From assembly GCA_964597545.1 (NCBI GenBank), contig CAZQXN010000004.1, forward strand, positions 6,683-70,682: a stretch of DNA of 64,000 nt, read 5' to 3'. Below the pieces are notes generated by a model. That model had not been told where the DNA came from and did not search any database. It saw only the letters and a list, made by a program, of their open reading frames with translations. The stretch comes from an uncultured Planctomycetia bacterium. GTDB taxonomy: Bacteria > Omnitrophota > Gorgyraeia > 1-14-0-20-64-10. Below, one piece after another: positions 9,810 to 19,295 of the stretch. The position numbers and the translations under genes are program-made. Within the stretch, counting starts at the first letter, position 1. Every line of letters starts with the position of its first letter.

Positions 9810-11266
9810 CAGCCTTTCCTCCCGACCAAGACCTTCTCAAAGCGGGCTGGGGAGGTTCCGTGTCCCACGTGCATGGACTGAACCGGTTCCCCCTTGCCGC
9901 AATTGGGCACCCCAAAGAGCTGCCACTCTCCTTTGCCGGTGACCGCAGAGCAGGAACGCCAAAATTCCGGCGTGATTCCGGTATAGACCGGGTTTTTAAG
10001 TATCCGGCCGATGCGGCCCTGCCGAATCTCCCAGGCGATCTCGGTTCCGAACTGAAAGTTGAGGCGGCGGTCATCGATCGACCAACTTTTATTAGTGGCC
10101 ATGAGGATTCCCCGCTGGGTGTCGCGGATCAACTGAGCCAATGTTCCGGTACCGGGTTCGAGGTTCACGTTGGTCATCCGGATGATCGGAATGGCATTCC
10201 AGCCGTCGGCACGCATCGCCCCAGACGACATCCGGCCGATCTGGGGTGCGCTCTCCCGGGAGCTTAAGTATCCTACGAATTTTCCCTCTCGGATGATCGG
10301 CACCCGCTGGGCCTCAACCCCCTCGTCGTCATAACCGAAGGTGCCGCACCCCTGTGGTGTAGTGGCATCGGCCGTGATGTTGACAAGCTTAGAGCCGTAC
10401 CGGAACCTACCAAGCTTCTCCGGCGTCAAAAAGCTACCTCCTGCAAAGGAGAGTTCCAATCCCAATGCCCGGTCCAGCTCAACCGGGTGTCCGCACGACT
10501 CGTGAAGCTGAAGAATCAGCTGGTCCGGCATGAGGATGAGGGAGGTGGTTTGATGCGGGCAGGCCTTGGCTCGCAGCAGGGCCACGGCCTCTTTGCGGAT
10601 TCGAGGGGCATGCCCGACAAAATCAAGAGCTTTGACATGCTCATAGCCGGCTTGAGCCAGAGCGGCTGCGTTGGCTGAGGGGTAGGAGCGACGCTGCACC
10701 TCATGGTCCAGGACAGCGGTGGCTTCCAACTGTCCGCCGGATTCTGTGATCTCCTGCTCAATCCAGGAGCCCTCGGTGGAGCAGAAGAACTTCTCTGTTC
10801 GGTAGAACTCCAAAGCTGCCTTGGCGGTCTTAATGCTGGGGTGGTCTTTTAAAAGCCGGGATGCCCAAAGGAGATAATCCAGCTTTTTGGAAAGTTCCAC
10901 CTCAAAGGGGTCCACCTCCAAGGGGGTTCGGTAGTGAGCGCGGACCGGTTCTACCGGGTGGAGCTTGACCTTGGTGTGGGATTCCTGGGCAACGGCCCGG
11001 GCCATTGTGAGGGCGGTTTCAACGGTGTGAGTCAATCCCACTCGATCCAATCGGCTGGAGGCAGCATGCCCCCATGCGCCCCGGTACAGCGCCCGAATGG
11101 AGATCCCTTCAGAGGTGGCGTGGCTGGCCTGCTTGACCTGAAGATTCTGGACCACCAGATCTTCTTCGGTTTGCTTGACCCAGCGCAGGTCTGCATAATC
11201 TACCCCGCGCCGCTTGAGGGCCTTGACCGTGTCGGTGGCGATATTTTTGATCTTGGGGGAAACCAT
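9809..11266 (-). CDS. tldD: TldD metalloprotease
   Basis: HESCGH zinc motif, GTFGYDDEG, PIIRMTNVNL, SWSIDDRRLNFQFG and CGKGEP. Start placed at MVSPK (11266) because a promoter lies just upstream. Confidence 0.92.
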   Translation of the reverse strand: MVSPKIKNIATDTVKALKRRGVDYADLRWVKQTEEDLVVQNLQVKQASHATSEGISIRALYRGAWGHAASSRLDRVGLTHTVETALTMARAVAQESHTKVKLHPVEPVRAHYRTPLEVDPFEVELSKKLDYLLWASRLLKDHPSIKTAKAALEFYRTEKFFCSTEGSWIEQEITESGGQLEATAVLDHEVQRRSYPSANAAALAQAGYEHVKALDFVGHAPRIRKEAVALLRAKACPHQTTSLILMPDQLILQLHESCGHPVELDRALGLELSFAGGSFLTPEKLGRFRYGSKLVNITADATTPQGCGTFGYDDEGVEAQRVPIIREGKFVGYLSSRESAPQIGRMSSGAMRADGWNAIPIIRMTNVNLEPGTGTLAQLIRDTQRGILMATNKSWSIDDRRLNFQFGTEIAWEIRQGRIGRILKNPVYTGITPEFWRSCSAVTGKGEWQLFGVPNCGKGEPVQSMHVGHGTSPARFEKVLVGRKG

Positions 11267-11276
11267 GATTGCACTT

Positions 11277-11305
11277 ACCCTACGGTGTTTGATCTCCCCT
11301 GTCAA
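11277..11305 (-). promoter_or_regulatory. Sigma70-type promoter for tldDE
   Basis: Minus strand TTGACA-17 nt-TAGGGT, 10 nt before the ATG at 11266. Confidence 0.55.
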
Positions 11306-11326
11306 CCTACACCCACCAGCCGAAGG

Positions 11327-11521
11327 GCAAGCTGGAGACGGGGCCCTTGTGACGGGGTGGCCCGAACGCGCACCGTTGGAAGGCCGTGCGGGCATGGTGT
11401 CCCTGGCGCTGCATCTTATCGGGGACGAGCACGGCCGAACACCGGAGCGAGGATTGCCTCGCTGGGGCAATCCGAGCGGTGCGCGGCGGACCAACACGGC
11501 GCAGGGGTGTCTCCAGCTTGC
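11327..11521. other. Approximately 195-nt self-complementary intergenic element (possible ncRNA or MITE)
   Basis: 13-bp terminal inverted repeat gcaagctggagac/gtctccagcttgc, plus nested stems cgcgcaccgt/gcggtgcgcg, ggccgtgc/gcacggcc and ggattgcctc/ggggcaatcc. Confidence 0.55.
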
Positions 11522-11547
11522 ACGGGAGGTCTGCTATAATGCGGCTC

Positions 11548-12960
11548 ATGAGGTATACACCGGTTCGTGCCATGGAGGCGGTCAATGCTGCCTTCCTCAG
11601 GATTCCCAGGGCGAAGATCCTCAAGATTCTCTCCAGGAAAGAGCCCCTCTTTCTTAAGGAAGGCATGGCCATGCTCTCGGATGAAGGCAAGCGCAAGCTC
11701 ATCGATGTTCAGCTGCGCCCCTGGGTGTTCAGCAGGGCCCAATACCGTTTCTTCTACCAGGCCTGCAGGCTGCTGCAGAGCGCACTCCACCGAGTGATGG
11801 CTCTTTATGTCACCGCTCCCCGCGTCCAGCAGATCGTGCCTCTTGATCGCAGGGAGCATGATTGGATGATGGCCGTCAATGCCGGAGGCATCCAAAAACC
11901 CCAGGCGATCATTGACCGGTTGGATGCCACCGCCACCTTTACCCCCTCGGACTGGCGGGAGAATTTCTTCTTCTTAGAGCCCAACTGCGTTGGCATTGGC
12001 GGCGTCCATTACATTCCTGCGACCTGCCTGTTGACCAACAAGTGGGTCCTTCCTACACTCAAGAAGCATCTTCCTGACCTCACCTTTCAGTACCCGGATG
12101 ACATTCGGGAGCTGATGCTCAAACTCTTTACCCGGCATGCCAAGGCGATCGGCAGGAGACTGCGGCGCATCGCCTTACTGGAGGATCGATCGGCCGAAGG
12201 AGGAACCGACGAGTTTGGGGTGCTGGCTCAGTATTACAAAGGCCAGGGACTGCCGGCTGTGGTGGCTGATCCCCGTGAGATTGTAATTCGTAAAGGAGAG
12301 GTGAGCGTCAAGGGCAAGCCGGTGGACATCATTTACCGTGATACGGAGCTCAGAGAAATCATCCCCTTGGTGGCCCAGGGGACGAAACGCACCCCCTGCG
12401 GCATCCGAGAAGCCTTTTTGCGCAACCAAGTGGTCTCTTCCATGGCAGGGGAGTTTGACCACAAATCGGTTTGGGAGCTCTTCACCAATCCGGAGTTTGA
12501 CCGTTACTTCACCCTGCGCCAGCGCAGGCTCTTCCAAAAGCATCTGCTGTGGACCCGTTTGATTTGGGAACGCAAGACAACCTCTCCGGCCGGCAAGGCG
12601 GTAGATCTGGCTCGTTATACCCGGCGCAACCGGGAATCCCTCATGATCAAGCCGAATCGAGCCTTTGGTGGGGAGGGGGTGGTCTTTGGGCACCAGTGCG
12701 CCCAGGCGGTCTGGGAGCGCGTGTTGGCCAAGGCCTTAAAGCGTCCCGGCTCCCATGTGGTTCAGCGCGCCGAGGCGGTCCGGGCAGAACTGTTTCCCTC
12801 GGCAGACAAGCGGGGTAGGGTACGGCTGGAGTCGTATCATGCTGTGACCGGCTTTGCTGCCACCCAAGATGGGATGGCGGTTCTGGGCCGCTCCTCGAGA
12901 GAGCGGGTGGTCAACGTCTCCCGGCGCGGAGGCTTAATCGCCATCTGGCAGCTCGGTTAA
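11548..12960 (+). CDS. Circularly permuted ATP-grasp / glutathionylspermidine-synthase-like peptide ligase
   Basis: RLDA...FLEPN..GIGG, VDIIYRD, HKSVWELF, MIKPNRAFGGEGVVFG and VVNVSRRGG. TGcTATAAT 7 nt before the ATG at 11548 supports this start. Confidence 0.75.
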   Translation: MRYTPVRAMEAVNAAFLRIPRAKILKILSRKEPLFLKEGMAMLSDEGKRKLIDVQLRPWVFSRAQYRFFYQACRLLQSALHRVMALYVTAPRVQQIVPLDRREHDWMMAVNAGGIQKPQAIIDRLDATATFTPSDWRENFFFLEPNCVGIGGVHYIPATCLLTNKWVLPTLKKHLPDLTFQYPDDIRELMLKLFTRHAKAIGRRLRRIALLEDRSAEGGTDEFGVLAQYYKGQGLPAVVADPREIVIRKGEVSVKGKPVDIIYRDTELREIIPLVAQGTKRTPCGIREAFLRNQVVSSMAGEFDHKSVWELFTNPEFDRYFTLRQRRLFQKHLLWTRLIWERKTTSPAGKAVDLARYTRRNRESLMIKPNRAFGGEGVVFGHQCAQAVWERVLAKALKRPGSHVVQRAEAVRAELFPSADKRGRVRLESYHAVTGFAATQDGMAVLGRSSRERVVNVSRRGGLIAIWQLG

Positions 12961-13008
12961 TCGTTAACCTGAGGACTGCCTCTGGTTTTGCCTGCCTGCA
13001 AGAAAAGA

Positions 13009-16000
13009 TTATGCTCCTGTTGCCAGTTCCTCCAGCCCCACCATGAAGGCGGGCAATTCTGTGGCAAGGAGGTGTTGGTCAACCCCCATGCGTTCAAAAA
13101 TATACTGAATCATTGCCGCTGCGTTTGCTGCTGCCGCCCGGACGACTGTTCCTGTAATGCCGGCATACTCCGCCAAGCTGAACAACAGGTCCGTCTCCTC
13201 CAGGCCGCCCAGCGCCCGAAAAGAGCGGGCATCTAAGGCAACGAGCTGGGTAACGACTCCTGCCGGATCAGTTCCATCATGAATCAGAGCTCTATCCTCA
13301 AGCCCGGCAAAAGCTCTTACAACCGGATCTTCCGCCAGATCTCCTCCAATCACAAAGAAGGAGTTGGGGTGGGTAGCAGAGCGATGGAGTCGCTCCAGTC
13401 GCCCCTCAATAGAGACCGGCCAAGAAACTGCTTCCTCCAGGCCTGTAGCGGGTCCACCAATGAGGTATGGCTCAAGATTCATCTGCAAGCCTGCATCTTT
13501 CTTGGGAAGGTTTTCCCATACCTTAACAATCTGATCTGCGGGAATCTCTAAAACGCGTTCTAGAATCGATAAATGGACCTCTGGAGTATCTTCCCTGGCG
13601 CCAAAGAGCCTGAGGGTGTCCACCTTGTTGCGATTGGAAAGGTATCGGAAGGGGATGACGTTTTCATCTGGCCGAACATTCACAGCGGCAACCCGAGCAT
13701 AGGGAAAATCCACGTATTGGTGTACGGTTTCTGGGGGATGTCCTGTAAAATCAAATTCAGCCAGGACGGCGTCAGATCGGTTACCTCTTGTTGCATAGCT
13801 CATCGCATGCTCTGGGATCTGCGTGATATTAGCATCTGAGCCAAACGGGGTTTCGTAATAGGGCAGCCCTCCATGCTCCAGGAGCTTCCATTTAAAGCTC
13901 TCCCAATTAGCTCCGTGCAACCAAACGTGACCGATCCACTGCGATCTTTCATCTTCGGTTGTCTCTCTAAAATATGCTTGTCCGCTTTCATTGGTGTCCA
14001 TCGTGACTTCGAAGCGCACAATGGCTTCATTTGCGCCCTGATAATTTAGCTCGCCGCCACTTCCATCCGCGGATTGATACGAGAGGTTTTGCTTTCCCCC
14101 TCCCTGCGCTGCAAGACGAGTTGCGCTTTTGATGGATCGAAATAGCTCCAGTCGGGTTGCCATGATCTTTGACCGCTCTCGCCATTCAATGCCCTCATCA
14201 GTTGTTACAAATTTGATGTCGCCAGCATCAACCTTTGCCAAAATAGCCTTTGTGAGCATGATGGCTGCCCAGGGACTAACGATGTCATCTTCGTTAATTG
14301 AGATTTTCGCCTTATCTCTAAATACCAGACGATGCGATTGGTCAGACCATCGGATATCGGGAAATACCGGCACATAATGAGGCTCGTGCATTGAAATGAT
14401 CAGCGGAGACTGCGCCTGAATAGACCCGGCTAACCCCTCGACTTTCTGTATGGTTCGTAGGTCTAATTCCTCCAAGCCTGTAGCGGGCTTCAGATCCAGT
14501 AACTCCACTATCTGCCTGGCTGAGCGCAGATAAGCATCAAACGCACTTTTGGATGAATAAGTAGAAGGGGTCGTTCTCATCTCTGCAGCGGACAGCTCTC
14601 CGGTTACAAACTGAGCAAGCCTATGGGCATCTGCCAGATGCAACCGTCTTGCGCCGCTGTCTGTCCCGAGATGCAGATCGTAATACCTCACAGCATCGGA
14701 GAACCGTGTCGGGTTGGGCATCGCTCCAAACCAAACTGCCAGCAAAAGCTGAACAACATGTTTGGGCTCCTTGAAACTAAAGCTATCTGAGGCTGGAAGC
14801 TCTTTCTCTAATACTTGGCGGGCAGCGGAGAAGGAGAGCTTGCCAGCCAAGAACTCTGGCAAGATATGCTGCGCTTCCTGGCGAAGTTTTAACAAGGTGT
14901 GCCAGGGGACGACAGTTTGATCGATAACATCCGGTGTATGAATGGGGTGTGCTTTGCCCGGGACCCACCCTTTGTAATCCAGATCAACGTCGAAAAGCAG
15001 ATCGGTCACTCCCTGCGGAATCTGTTCGGTATGCGCACGGTTGGCCGCCTCTTCGAACATCGCAGGAGGGATCCCCTGGAGATCCAGAACAATCAAGGTA
15101 TCTGTTCCGACACCAAGCAAAATCTGCTCCCCTCGTTTCGACATCACCTCCAGAATTGCCAGGATGGGGTGGGCTTCTGGGATCTTTGAGTCGAAGAAGT
15201 CGGTTTCCAAATAGACAATGTCGGGCCATCCCCAGCGGTAATGGATGTGCTCCAACAACAACTGGGCAGGTGCGCCAGAAAGCATATACGGAATTGCTTG
15301 AATCCACTTTTCTAACCCTTCGGGGGTTTGAATCGGGTGAAACCGTTCAAGCTCATGGATAGTGATCCGTAGATTTGATTTCTTATCTTCAATGATTTTG
15401 GGGTCAGCCGAGGGGGCATTGGGATCAGGCAAGTCAAGATAAGGTTTTTGCTGCCTTCGGTAATGGCTCGACTTATCAAACAAAAGCTGGCGAACACCTT
15501 GAGGAACTCGGGAAAAATGGGCCCGTTTTTTCATCTCCTCGAAGACCACCCGATCATCCGGGCCGGCCTCGATTCCTTCGCTATCCACAACCACCAACTC
15601 ACCGGAGCCGACTGCTACCACAACCTCTTTGGGCCGCTGGGCTACCTGATCTAGCGCATGGGAGATGCTCAATGCTGAGGCAGCCCTGTCTCTCCAGAAG
15701 CTCTCTGCGACAAGATAGGCAACCACTTCGTTTGGCCACTGATCATCAATGTATTGCAAAAGTTGTTGGGCCGCCCGCTCAGAAAGAATTTCCCACTTGG
15801 CCGATAAAGCCGAAAAAGCTTCTGGTTCTCGCAGAAGATTCATTATTGGCACATTGTTCAAAAACGGCGGCTGCTCCTCTATCCCGGCAGCAGCTGTGGG
15901 ACTCAATGCTTCCTTGAGTTGGAGGGTGACAGGGGACCCCTCTTCCATCCCTGCATTTAAGGGTCGCAACGCCCAGGCAGCGGGGGTGGGCAAAGCTAGG

Positions 16001-16068
16001 CCAGCGCTTAGCAGAAACATTAGGATTCTGTAGATGACCGGCTGCCTTTTCATAAGGTCCGTATTCAT
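13009..16068 (-). CDS. Large secreted modular protein with [AT]G[LMI]EE delimiter motifs
   Basis: Signal peptide ending PAAWA-LRP..AGMEE, then AGIEE, PATGLEE twice and a C-terminal domain with AGLED/GGLEE/VGLEE. The interior is more AT-rich than neighbouring genes. Start supported by TGcCATACT-6 nt-ATG. Confidence 0.8.
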   Translation of the reverse strand: MNTDLMKRQPVIYRILMFLLSAGLALPTPAAWALRPLNAGMEEGSPVTLQLKEALSPTAAAGIEEQPPFLNNVPIMNLLREPEAFSALSAKWEILSERAAQQLLQYIDDQWPNEVVAYLVAESFWRDRAASALSISHALDQVAQRPKEVVVAVGSGELVVVDSEGIEAGPDDRVVFEEMKKRAHFSRVPQGVRQLLFDKSSHYRRQQKPYLDLPDPNAPSADPKIIEDKKSNLRITIHELERFHPIQTPEGLEKWIQAIPYMLSGAPAQLLLEHIHYRWGWPDIVYLETDFFDSKIPEAHPILAILEVMSKRGEQILLGVGTDTLIVLDLQGIPPAMFEEAANRAHTEQIPQGVTDLLFDVDLDYKGWVPGKAHPIHTPDVIDQTVVPWHTLLKLRQEAQHILPEFLAGKLSFSAARQVLEKELPASDSFSFKEPKHVVQLLLAVWFGAMPNPTRFSDAVRYYDLHLGTDSGARRLHLADAHRLAQFVTGELSAAEMRTTPSTYSSKSAFDAYLRSARQIVELLDLKPATGLEELDLRTIQKVEGLAGSIQAQSPLIISMHEPHYVPVFPDIRWSDQSHRLVFRDKAKISINEDDIVSPWAAIMLTKAILAKVDAGDIKFVTTDEGIEWRERSKIMATRLELFRSIKSATRLAAQGGGKQNLSYQSADGSGGELNYQGANEAIVRFEVTMDTNESGQAYFRETTEDERSQWIGHVWLHGANWESFKWKLLEHGGLPYYETPFGSDANITQIPEHAMSYATRGNRSDAVLAEFDFTGHPPETVHQYVDFPYARVAAVNVRPDENVIPFRYLSNRNKVDTLRLFGAREDTPEVHLSILERVLEIPADQIVKVWENLPKKDAGLQMNLEPYLIGGPATGLEEAVSWPVSIEGRLERLHRSATHPNSFFVIGGDLAEDPVVRAFAGLEDRALIHDGTDPAGVVTQLVALDARSFRALGGLEETDLLFSLAEYAGITGTVVRAAAANAAAMIQYIFERMGVDQHLLATELPAFMVGLEELATGA

Positions 16069-16208
16069 ACTACAAGTATGGCACATTGGAGAAAAAATAG
16101 ACAAGTTCAGCAATCTAAAATTGGTACGATTAACTCATTGGGGGAGGGTGGTGGATTCAAGCGACGGTCGGAAAGCAGCCAAGACAGGTTCAGGGACCAA
16201 AGAGCAGT

Positions 16209-16240
16209 TTGTTAACCTTGCATAGAAAACTGGTTGACAT
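16209..16240. promoter_or_regulatory. BirA-type biotin operator overlapping a TTGACA -35
   Basis: TTGTTAACC-N14-GGTTGACAT matches the known TGTTAAC-N14/16-GTTAACA BirA palindrome and lies upstream of bioB. Confidence 0.75.
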
Positions 16241-16287
16241 TTACTCCTCCCGTAAGGGATAACGGTACTCTCAAGCTTTTCCGAGAA

Positions 16288-16362
16288 TGTCATCCTCGCC
16301 GAAGCGAGGATCCTCGATCGAGTCGAGGATAGCGTTCGATTCCCGCTTGCGCGGGAATGACA
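16288..16362. repeat. GTCAT(T/C)CCCGC-type palindromic repeat (RPE/dRS3-like)
   Basis: tgtcatcctcgc..gcgaggat ... attcccgc..gcgggaatgaca forms paired hairpins. A related copy is at 28701-28765. Confidence 0.7.
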
Positions 16363-16382
16363 CCCAATAAAGGGATTCTTGC

Positions 16383-17363
16383 ATGAGGTACCAGGTCCAA
16401 ACCATTGCCGAGCGGATCCTTGAGGGCAAAGGTTCTATTGCCTTTGACGAGGCAGAGGGGCTCATTGCCCTGGAGGCTTGGCCTGAGATCCTGGAGCTGG
16501 CGGCATGGGCCTTGAGGATCAGGGAGAAGTTCACCGGCCAGCAAGCCGACACTTGCTCCCTGATCAACGCCAAATCCGGCAGATGCCCTGAGGACTGCGC
16601 ATTTTGCAGTCAGTCGGGCCGCGCCGATACCGATATCCCCACCTATCCGCTGGTGGACCCCGAGCAGATTGTCCAGCGCGCAAAAGAGGCCAAGGCCTTT
16701 GGGGCCCAGCGCTTCTGCATCGTCACCGCCACCGGTTCTGTCTCGGACAAAGACCTTCCGGTCTATTGCGAGGCGATCCGGCGCTTAAAAGAAGAGGTGG
16801 GTATTGTACCGGAATGTTCCCTCGGGTTCTTGACAGAAGAGCAGCTCCTGCGCCTCAAAGCGGCCGGCATGGTCCGATACAACCACAATTTAGAGACCGC
16901 CCAGAGCCATTTCCCTAAGATCTGCACCACCCACACCTACCAGCAGAGGCGCGAGATTATCCAGATGCTCAAGCGCCATGGTGTGGAGGCCTGCTGCGGC
17001 GGCATCTTGGGGCTAGGAGAGTCCAGGCGGCAGAGGTTGGAGCTGGCCTTTGCCTTGGCCGAGCTGGAGGTGGAGTGCGCTCCGATCAATATCTTAAACT
17101 CCCGCGCCGGGACACCATTGGAGAGCAGCGCTCCACCTGCCCCTCAGGAGATCATCAAAACCATCGCCATCTTCCGTTTTATTCTGCCTCGGACCCAGAT
17201 CAAACTGGCAGGAGGGCGGGAGGCGGCCTTAAGAGAGTTTCAAACCATGGCCTTGCTGGCAGGGGCCAACGCCTTGATCATCGGAGGGTATCTCACCACC
17301 CAGGGCCGCGAGCCTTACGAGGATCTTCAGATGCTTGAGGAGGCGGGATTTACCGTCTCATGA
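16383..17363 (+). CDS. bioB: Biotin synthase
   Basis: INAKSGRCPEDCAFCSQS radical SAM motif, YNHNLET, CCGGILGLGE and AGGRE. Confidence 0.97.
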   Translation: MRYQVQTIAERILEGKGSIAFDEAEGLIALEAWPEILELAAWALRIREKFTGQQADTCSLINAKSGRCPEDCAFCSQSGRADTDIPTYPLVDPEQIVQRAKEAKAFGAQRFCIVTATGSVSDKDLPVYCEAIRRLKEEVGIVPECSLGFLTEEQLLRLKAAGMVRYNHNLETAQSHFPKICTTHTYQQRREIIQMLKRHGVEACCGGILGLGESRRQRLELAFALAELEVECAPINILNSRAGTPLESSAPPAPQEIIKTIAIFRFILPRTQIKLAGGREAALREFQTMALLAGANALIIGGYLTTQGREPYEDLQMLEEAGFTVS

Positions 17364-18085
17364 TCTCCCTGGCCGAGAAGCGGATATTGGTGATGGGGGC
17401 GACCGGTACAATCGGCCGGACCATCCTCGAGGAGGCCAAAGGGTACGGGGCATGGGTAGCTGGGTCCTACTGGCGCAGCGCAGATAAAGCTCGAGAGCTC
17501 CAGTCACAGGGTGTTTGGATGGTTCAGGCCGATTTGACTGACCGCTCCCAGGCACGCGCCTGTGTTCAACAGGTTTTGGCAGAGGCCGGGCACTTGGATG
17601 GTTTGGTCTACGCTGCCGGCAACGCAGCCGACCACACCCTGACAAAATTAAGCGAAGCGGATTGGGATCAAGTCTTCAAGCTGCACCTGGGTGGTTTGGT
17701 GGCTTGCGCTCAAGAGGTGCTGCCCAGCATGCGGCGCCGGGGCCGCGGCAAGATCATCGCACTCGGTTCCATGGCAGGCCAGACTGGTCGGATAGGGCAA
17801 GCCAATTACAGCGCTGCCAAGGGGGCGACAGTAGGCTTTATCAAGACCTTGGCCCGGGAGGCCGGCCGCTTCGGGGTGAGCGCCAATGTGATCTGTCCGG
17901 GCTTCGTTGAATCTGAGATGACTCGATCTGCCCCTCCCGCTGCCTGGGATCAGGCCCGAGCCGATTCGGTCCTAGGGACACTTTCCAGCGCTCAAGTGGT
18001 TGCCTCTTTTTCCGGTTGGCTCCTCTCAGATCTGTGTCAGGGTGTGACCGGCCAGGTCTTTCATCTCGACAGCCGAATCTTATAG
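17360..18085 (+). CDS. Short-chain dehydrogenase, FabG-like 3-oxoacyl-ACP reductase
   Basis: GATGTIG NAD(P) site, GQANYSAAKG (YxxxK) and NVICPGFVES. Translationally coupled to bioB. Confidence 0.85.
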   Translation: MISLAEKRILVMGATGTIGRTILEEAKGYGAWVAGSYWRSADKARELQSQGVWMVQADLTDRSQARACVQQVLAEAGHLDGLVYAAGNAADHTLTKLSEADWDQVFKLHLGGLVACAQEVLPSMRRRGRGKIIALGSMAGQTGRIGQANYSAAKGATVGFIKTLAREAGRFGVSANVICPGFVESEMTRSAPPAAWDQARADSVLGTLSSAQVVASFSGWLLSDLCQGVTGQVFHLDSRIL

Positions 18086-18087
18086 AG

Positions 18088-19284
18088 ATGATCTCTTTCG
18101 ATTCTCTCCGCACCGAGCTGGATGACCTCACCGCGCAAGGCCTTTATCGCAGTCCCCGAAAGGCAGAAGAGATCTGCGGCGGCCGCATTCGCGTGGGATC
18201 CAAGTGGTTGGTCCATCTGGCTTCCAATAATTACTTGGGGCTTACCGAACACCCCCGCGTTAAAGCTGCTGCTGCTGAGGCGGTAACGCGCTTCGGGACC
18301 GGGGCCGGCTCAGCACGGCTCATCGGCGGCAATCTCCCTTTGCATGAATCCCTGGAGGAGGGACTTGCCCGTTTTAAGCAGTCAGAGGCGGCGCTGGTTT
18401 TCTCAACCGGCTACATGGCTAATCTGGGGGCGGTGACCGCACTCGTGGGTTCAGGGGATCTGGTCATTGGAGATCGTTTCAACCATGCCAGCCTCATAGA
18501 TGCCTGCCGCCTCTCAAAAGCTACATTCCGAGTTTTTCCCCATCGGGATACAGCGTGCCTTGCCGCTGCCCTAAAACGTCATCGCGGTCAGCACCGACGG
18601 GCCCTGATCGTCACCGAAGGGGTCTTTTCGATGGATGGGGATTTGGCCCCTCTGCCGGAGATTGTAGAGGCGGCCCGGCAGTATGATGCATGGGTGCTGG
18701 TGGATGATGCCCATGGCACCGGTGTTTTGGGGGAGGGGGGCAGGGGGACTGTGTCCCATTTTGGGTTAAGCGGCATCTTGCAGATGGGGACCCTTTCGAA
18801 GGCTTTGGGTTCTTTGGGCGGATATGTTGCCGGCCCCAGCGCTGTCATTGAGCTTTTAAGGAACAAGGCACGTTCCTTTATCTACACCACTGCCCTGCCT
18901 CCGGCTTCGGCTGCCGCGGCTCAAGAGGCATTGCGCGTGATTGAGGCCGAGCCGATTTGGATTGAGCGGCTTTGGAAGAACACAGAACAGATGCGCGCCG
19001 GACTCACTGCCCTGGAGATTCCCCTGGTGGCACAGGAAAGCCCAATCCTTCCGGTACGCGTCGGGGATGCGCAGGAGGCGATGCGCCTGGCAGAAGAACT
19101 CCTGGCCGCCGGGGTTTATGCTCCAGGCATTCGCCCTCCCACGGTGCCGGCCGGATCGGCCTGCATCCGCATCTCGATGAGTGCTGTCCATACCCCTCGG
19201 GACATTGCCGCAGCCTTAAAGGCCTTTCAGGGGGTTTTTGTGGGTGAGGCCCATGCTGTCCAACAGAAAGTCTCCCAAAGATAA
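18088..19284 (+). CDS. bioF: 8-amino-7-oxononanoate synthase
   Basis: ASNNYLGL, FSTGYMAN, NHASLID, EGVFSMDGD, DDAHG, GTLSKALG and IRPPTVP. Confidence 0.96.
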   Translation: MISFDSLRTELDDLTAQGLYRSPRKAEEICGGRIRVGSKWLVHLASNNYLGLTEHPRVKAAAAEAVTRFGTGAGSARLIGGNLPLHESLEEGLARFKQSEAALVFSTGYMANLGAVTALVGSGDLVIGDRFNHASLIDACRLSKATFRVFPHRDTACLAAALKRHRGQHRRALIVTEGVFSMDGDLAPLPEIVEAARQYDAWVLVDDAHGTGVLGEGGRGTVSHFGLSGILQMGTLSKALGSLGGYVAGPSAVIELLRNKARSFIYTTALPPASAAAAQEALRVIEAEPIWIERLWKNTEQMRAGLTALEIPLVAQESPILPVRVGDAQEAMRLAEELLAAGVYAPGIRPPTVPAGSACIRISMSAVHTPRDIAAALKAFQGVFVGEAHAVQQKVSQR

Positions 19285-19295
19285 GGAGCATTGTA

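Noticed and set aside
11267-11547. Long N-terminal extensions of TldD (to 11497) and of the ligase (from 11386)
   Set aside because: They overlap each other, look non-protein-like, and promoter motifs support the shorter starts.
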